DNA of 34,106 nucleotides from Ignavibacteriota bacterium (GTDB taxonomy: Bacteria > Bacteroidota > Ignavibacteria > UBA10030 > CAVZMI01), in contig CAVZMI010000016.1 of NCBI GenBank assembly GCA_963776275.1, positions 1 to 34,106 on the forward strand, written 5' to 3'. A program made the position numbers and the translations under genes. The notes below the pieces were generated by a model. That model worked only from the letters and a program-made list of their open reading frames with translations, was not told where the DNA came from and did no database searches. The number at the start of each line of letters is the position of its first letter. The first letter of the stretch is position 1. This document shows, piece after piece, positions 29,392-34,106 of the stretch.

Positions 29392-29419
29392 ACTTTACAT
29401 AATACTGATTATTTGAATT
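29392..29419 (-). other. Candidate chromosomal dif site (XerC/XerD)
   Basis: Minus strand reads AATTCAAATAA-TCAGTA-TTATGTAAAGT (11-6-11). The XerD arm is 10/11 identical to B. subtilis TTATGTAAACT. It lies in an AT-rich spacer between convergent dapF and purL. Confidence 0.7.
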
Positions 29420-29448
29420 TCTTGTATTTGTTATCTCTTTAATGGCTA

Positions 29449-31686
29449 CTATTTTTCTATGATTGATTCAATAGCCTTATAGTACTTTTCTCTCATCTCT
29501 TCAACCGAAACATCTATAATTTCATCGATCCTGAGTCTATCACCTTCAACAATACCGATCTCAATGCATGGAATTTTTCTTTCAGAAAGCTTTCTCTTTA
29601 TTGTATCTACGTTCTTCTTTTCTGTGGTGATGATAATACGTGATTGGTCCTCTCCAAATAATCTCCTATCGCTTCGTAATCCGTTCTTTGGCAGTTGTAT
29701 CTTTGCACCTATACATTTCTCCTGATTACCCATACAACATTCTGCCAGTGTCACCGCAAGACCGCCGTCCGATATATCATGTGAAGATTTAACTATATTA
29801 ATTTTAATTAGCTCTCGTAAAGAGTTTAGAAGTTTTTCCTCAAATTCTAAATCGATATATGGTGCGTCTCCAGCGACTATTTTATGCAGATGAGAAAGGT
29901 ATTCACTTCCTCCCAATTCACCTCGTGCTTGAGCTCCGATAAGCAATATTATATCATTAGTATTTTTAAAGTTGGATGTCGTAATATGAGCCTGTTCCTC
30001 AATAAGTCCAACCATCCCAATAACGGGTGTTGGAAAAACTGCAGCATCTGGATTTTCGTTATAGAAGCTTACATTACCACCTGTGACCGGAGTATTTAAT
30101 ACCCTGCACGCATCACCCATTCCAAGAACTGCTTCCTTGAATTGCCAGTACATTTCAGGTTTGTATGGATTTCCAAAATTCAAGCAATTTGTTACTCCAA
30201 GTGGCGTACCGCCCGTACACGTAATGTTTCTCGCGCATTCAGCTACAGCTATTTGTGTGCCTCTACGCGGATTAATATACACGTATTTTCCATTACAGTC
30301 GGTCTTCATCGAAAGAAACTTGCCGTTTTCTTTGATGCGCATTACGGCAGCATCGGCTCCTCCCGGAGGAATAACCGTATTCGTCCGGACCATCATGTCA
30401 TACTGATGATATACCCAGCGTTTACTTGCAATATTTGGTGATCCCAGCAATTCAAGTAGAACCTTATTGTAGTCAGATGGCTCAGAAATAGATTTTGGAT
30501 CAAACTTGCGCACACTGGTGATATATGAAGGCTCTTTTGTTTGACGTTGATAAACGGGGGCACCACCACCAAGAACAAGACATTTTGAAGGGATCTCGGC
30601 TTTTATCTGTCCGTTTTTACGTACACGGAGAATACCATCATCTGTCACACTACCAACAACGACGCTGTGTAAGTCCCATTTCCTAAATATCTTCTTGACA
30701 TTTTCCTCATCCCCTTTTTTCACGCATAACAGCATACGTTCCTGTGATTCAGATAGCATGATCTCATATGCAGTCATACCCTCTTCACGTACCGGCACTA
30801 AATCCAGGTCGATGTCTATACCGGCATTACCTTTTGCACTCATTTCAGATGTTGAACAACTAATTCCAGCGGCGCCCATATCTTGTATACCAACAAGATA
30901 ATTACTGCGTATCACCTCAAGCGTTGCCTCTAGGAGAAGTTTTTCTGTAAATGGATCCCCGACCTGGACTGAAGGACGTTTTGCTTCCGATTCTTCAGAA
31001 ATTTCTTCCGATGCAAATGTTGCTCCATGGATCCCATCGCGTCCCGTAGAAGACCCTACAATCATCACCGGATTGCCTTTCCCGGACGCAATTGCCCTTG
31101 CCACTTCCCCATGTTTCACGATGCCAACAGCCATCGCGTTGACAAGCGGGTTTCCCTGGTACGATTTATCAAAGTATACCTCCCCTGCCACCGTTGGAAC
31201 ACCGAAGCTGTTGCCGTAATCACCTATACCCTTCACAACTCCTCGGAAAAGATGCTGAACATGGTCATCATTGATATCACCGAACCGGAGAGAATTAAGA
31301 GATGCAATCGGCCTGGCACCCATTGTAAAAACATCGCGCATAATACCGCCGACTCCCGTCGCGGCACCCTGGTACGGCTCTACAGCCGAGGGGTGATTAT
31401 GGCTCTCGATCTTGAAAGCGACGGCAAGTCCGTCACCGATATCGACAAGTCCGGCATTCTCTTCGCCGGCACTCACGAGCAGCTTTCCACCGCTTCTCGG
31501 CAGTGTTTTAAGTAAAGCAATAGAATTTTTATAACTGCAATGCTCGCTCCACATGACACTGAAAATTCCGAGTTCCGTGTATGTCGGCGTGCGTCCAAGA
31601 ATGTTTATAATAGTATTGAATTCTTCTTCTGTGAGGCCATGTTTTGAGGCCAGCGCGAGGTCAACAATCGGTTCTTCGAGTTGCAT
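29449..31686 (-). CDS. purL: Phosphoribosylformylglycinamidine synthase subunit PurL (small form)
   Basis: [69 protein letters not shown]. Confidence 0.97.
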   Translation of the reverse strand: MQLEEPIVDLALASKHGLTEEEFNTIINILGRTPTYTELGIFSVMWSEHCSYKNSIALLKTLPRSGGKLLVSAGEENAGLVDIGDGLAVAFKIESHNHPSAVEPYQGAATGVGGIMRDVFTMGARPIASLNSLRFGDINDDHVQHLFRGVVKGIGDYGNSFGVPTVAGEVYFDKSYQGNPLVNAMAVGIVKHGEVARAIASGKGNPVMIVGSSTGRDGIHGATFASEEISEESEAKRPSVQVGDPFTEKLLLEATLEVIRSNYLVGIQDMGAAGISCSTSEMSAKGNAGIDIDLDLVPVREEGMTAYEIMLSESQERMLLCVKKGDEENVKKIFRKWDLHSVVVGSVTDDGILRVRKNGQIKAEIPSKCLVLGGGAPVYQRQTKEPSYITSVRKFDPKSISEPSDYNKVLLELLGSPNIASKRWVYHQYDMMVRTNTVIPPGGADAAVMRIKENGKFLSMKTDCNGKYVYINPRRGTQIAVAECARNITCTGGTPLGVTNCLNFGNPYKPEMYWQFKEAVLGMGDACRVLNTPVTGGNVSFYNENPDAAVFPTPVIGMVGLIEEQAHITTSNFKNTNDIILLIGAQARGELGGSEYLSHLHKIVAGDAPYIDLEFEEKLLNSLRELIKINIVKSSHDISDGGLAVTLAECCMGNQEKCIGAKIQLPKNGLRSDRRLFGEDQSRIIITTEKKNVDTIKRKLSERKIPCIEIGIVEGDRLRIDEIIDVSVEEMREKYYKAIESIIEK

Positions 31687-31748
31687 GGAAAAAGAAATTT
31701 TTCCTTTCTTCGCAATATTCTGATACTACAATATACGGAAAAAGAAAT

Positions 31749-31787
31749 AAAAAATCTCATCCCCTTTTTCAGGAGATGAGATTTTTT
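31749..31787 (-). terminator. Intrinsic (potentially bidirectional) terminator after the FadL-family gene
   Basis: AAAAAATCTCATC...GATGAGATTTTTT inverted repeat. Confidence 0.8.
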
Positions 31788-31810
31788 AAACCAACCTTAC
31801 AATGACGAAA

Positions 31811-33064
31811 TTAAAATTTGAAGGTGAGATCAAGACCAATCAGATTTGCTTTCGACTTATACGTTCCATTAAAGCCGTGTATATTCGTTGTTATCGGCCG
31901 GTCCTTGAATGCAACCAGCATATAAGCAACATCTACTTGAATTGATTCGTCAACTTTATAGCCTACACCGACTGTAAAGTCGTTCCGATTCGCATCGGGT
32001 AAGAGAGGCTGGACATATGGATCTTCAACCGGCGAATGATCATAAATATATCCTGCACGGAGCTGTAAGTCGCCCATTGTATATTCGGCACCAAACCGAA
32101 TCATGTAGGTATCCTTATAATTCTCCGGTTCAACAGTGCTCTTCTGATATGCAGTCTCGGTCTTGAATGTTATCGGCAATACGTCGAATGAACTCCAGAC
32201 AATTCCCTGATAATCTGCCTCAAGCTCCAGATCCGGCATCAGTTTTACGGAAACACCGATGAAGTAATTCGCCGGCATCGCAATGGATGTCGATACATCA
32301 CCACCCGGGAGCACCGCAGCGATCTGAGCTGGAAAGTTATTAAAATTTGCAGTACCATCCAGGTCCATTTTCACTTTGCTTCTGTATGAAGCACCGATTG
32401 AAATCATTTCGATCGGTTTATATTGAACTCCTGCATTGAAACCTGCCGCGTATCCACTTCCTTTTAATGATAGATCACCTTCAATTACCATCGTTGCGCT
32501 TACCGGGACAGGCACTTTTCTTTTCAAAGTAACATTTGCGATGGCATAGTCAAAACCGACGCCGATTGAAAGTTCAGGCGACACACGATATGCAACTGTA
32601 GGATTAATATAAAAACTCTGAAGATTCGTTTCTGTGGCAATTGCACGACCTACCCACGTATCAGCCCATTTTGTACCGAGACCATATGGAGTAAAAACTC
32701 CCAGACCAAAACTCAATCCATTCCCCCCACCAGATGTGTTATATGTTATATACACATTCGGTGGTACGAAGGTTTGTTTTTCAAGTTTTGTTTCGATTGT
32801 CAAAGGAGTCGGGCCCGTGAATGTCGTTGTAGGTAGAATTAATGTCGCACCTGCCATCACCTGTGTACCCGGTAAAGATGTGATTCCAGCAGGGTTAAAG
32901 AAGATTGCCGATGGATCCCCCGCTCGTGCAACAAAGGCGCTTGCCTGCCCCAAAGCACGCGCACCTTGCTCGTTCAACTGAAAACCTCCCGCGGTAGCAA
33001 TCTGGTTGCTGCATATAACAGCGATCAAGACTGCCAGGAGAACAATCGTTAGTTTTTTGCTCAC
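31811..33064 (-). CDS. OmpP1/FadL/TodX family outer-membrane transporter
   Basis: GGFQLNEQGARALG..A...DPSAIFFNPAG, TPYGLGTKW, INPTVAY, LRAGY, LPDANR and a C-terminal Phe; GTG start after GGAGG. Confidence 0.92.
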   Translation of the reverse strand: MSKKLTIVLLAVLIAVICSNQIATAGGFQLNEQGARALGQASAFVARAGDPSAIFFNPAGITSLPGTQVMAGATLILPTTTFTGPTPLTIETKLEKQTFVPPNVYITYNTSGGGNGLSFGLGVFTPYGLGTKWADTWVGRAIATETNLQSFYINPTVAYRVSPELSIGVGFDYAIANVTLKRKVPVPVSATMVIEGDLSLKGSGYAAGFNAGVQYKPIEMISIGASYRSKVKMDLDGTANFNNFPAQIAAVLPGGDVSTSIAMPANYFIGVSVKLMPDLELEADYQGIVWSSFDVLPITFKTETAYQKSTVEPENYKDTYMIRFGAEYTMGDLQLRAGYIYDHSPVEDPYVQPLLPDANRNDFTVGVGYKVDESIQVDVAYMLVAFKDRPITTNIHGFNGTYKSKANLIGLDLTFKF

Positions 33065-33148
33065 AGCTTCCTCCATCAAGAATGTTTGGGTGTTGTTAAT
33101 TATATGGCGATGCTATCGATTAGAAATCAGGGTAAGTATAATCAAGTA

Positions 33149-33177
33149 ATTGTACTCATTATGACGGCAAAAGTCAA
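33149..33177 (-). promoter_or_regulatory. Predicted promoter for the FadL-family gene
   Basis: TTGACT-17 bp-TACAAT on the minus strand. Confidence 0.65.
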
Positions 33178-33229
33178 TATGGAGCTTCTTTTCTTTTTTA
33201 TCGTCTTTTTTGGTTACTTTCATATAGGT

Positions 33230-34106
33230 TTAATCGCGTAGCTCAACAACTGTAACACCCGTGCTCCCTTCATTCCATTCGCCTAAACGTTGCGACTTTA
33301 CGTGAGGATGGGTCTTCAAGAACTCGTTGATTTTCTTCCGTAATGCCCCTGTTCCCTTTCCATGAATGATATCCACGCGTCTAAGACCCGCTACAAAGGC
33401 TTCATCGAGAAATTTATCGACGGCGGCAATTGCCTCATCGCCAAGCATGCCTCTTAGATCTATTTCCCGCCGGAATTCTTCAGACCCCTGAAACGACGTC
33501 GTGTTGACGTATTGTGACGCGGGTTTTGGACTCTGGACTTTCCTGAGATGGGCTATCTCACATCTCATTTTCAAAGACCCAAAAGCTACTATTGCCTCAT
33601 GGTTATTATTGATTACTTCAACGACTTCTCCAACATCGCTGCCCGTGTGCAGACGGACACGGTCACCATGATGGATTTCCTCAGGTATCATTTCACCCTC
33701 TTCGGGTGCAAGTTCCTTACGAAGCTGCTTCACATCATTCTGAATTTGAGCAATCTCTTTCTTGGTCTTTGCCAGAATTTCTTTCGATGCGTCCGATTCC
33801 CTGATCTCGCGCACAACCCGCTCAATTGTTGTATTAATATGCCTAGTAATTTCTTCAGCCTGATCGACTGCCTGTTTTCTAATCTCCTTCAATTCCTTCT
33901 TGAATGTTCTATTCTTAAGTTCATATTCATCCCTCGATTGTTTCAGTTCTTCTTGAGCTTTTTGGATGGCTTTGATCTCTGATTGAAGCTGCTGTGACCT
34001 CAATTCGAGATCGGCGAGGAGGTTTTCGAGCCGGTCTTTTTGTGTACCGATAAGTGTCCGTGCATTCTTGATAATATTGTCGGGTATTCCAAGACGTTGC
34101 GCTATT
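33230..34106 (-). CDS. mutS2: MutS2 endonuclease, C-terminal part (coiled coil, KOW, Smr); runs off the window
   Basis: Frame is open to the window end (IAQRLGIPDNIIKNAR); Smr motifs EIDLRG, IIHGKGTGALR, GSTGVTVVEL. Confidence 0.92.
   Translation of the reverse strand, partial: IAQRLGIPDNIIKNARTLIGTQKDRLENLLADLELRSQQLQSEIKAIQKAQEELKQSRDEYELKNRTFKKELKEIRKQAVDQAEEITRHINTTIERVVREIRESDASKEILAKTKKEIAQIQNDVKQLRKELAPEEGEMIPEEIHHGDRVRLHTGSDVGEVVEVINNNHEAIVAFGSLKMRCEIAHLRKVQSPKPASQYVNTTSFQGSEEFRREIDLRGMLGDEAIAAVDKFLDEAFVAGLRRVDIIHGKGTGALRKKINEFLKTHPHVKSQRLGEWNEGSTGVTVVELRD

Noticed and set aside
28300-29450. Genomic island integrated at the tmRNA 3' end
   Set aside because: No integrase and no duplicated ssrA 3' end were seen; the next genes are dapF and purL.
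339-33982. Numerous 60-190 aa antisense or alternate-frame ORFs in the track
   Set aside because: They overlap well-supported genes and have no recognisable motifs; treated as shadow ORFs.

Overview
Chromosomal housekeeping region of a probable Bacteroidota/Chlorobiota-group bacterium. An Ignavibacteria-like lineage is inferred from CxxxY-type CcmE, bshB1, a T9SS/FlgD-like C-terminal domain, sigma70-like promoters and SD sites. Bases 1-9119 form one giant inverted repeat folding back inside nupC (arms 1-4515 and 4607-9119). The arms differ mostly by 1-nt indels, so this is most likely a fold-back read/amplification artefact, and the sequence is error-prone (frameshifts also at ~14980 and ~17950). 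Unique gene order: nupC'-tdk (-) | PASTA protein, rpe, lrp, glnA, apt, lemA, TPM, multi-PAS/GAF histidine kinase, 2 receiver proteins, TPM, hypothetical, CapA-family, bamD, acyl-CoA thioesterase, FG-GAP protein, HEXXH protease, ccmABCDE (+) | bshB1 (-) | tmRNA, dapF (+) | candidate dif | purL, FadL/OmpP1, mutS2' (-). The most unusual signal is a palindromic motif, GTGTCTCGATT/GTACTCGAYAY, that starts at the predicted transcription start of two unrelated promoters. It occurs once as a five-copy 24-bp tandem array forming the pre-tmRNA leader, and once split by a 93-bp perfect-armed hairpin ahead of a ~9.4 kb envelope/ccm gene run. Also notable: a good dif (XerCD) candidate where gene orientation flips, and a cytoplasmic two-component module with a His-less REC-DHp protein nested inside the lemA-TPM-TPM cluster.
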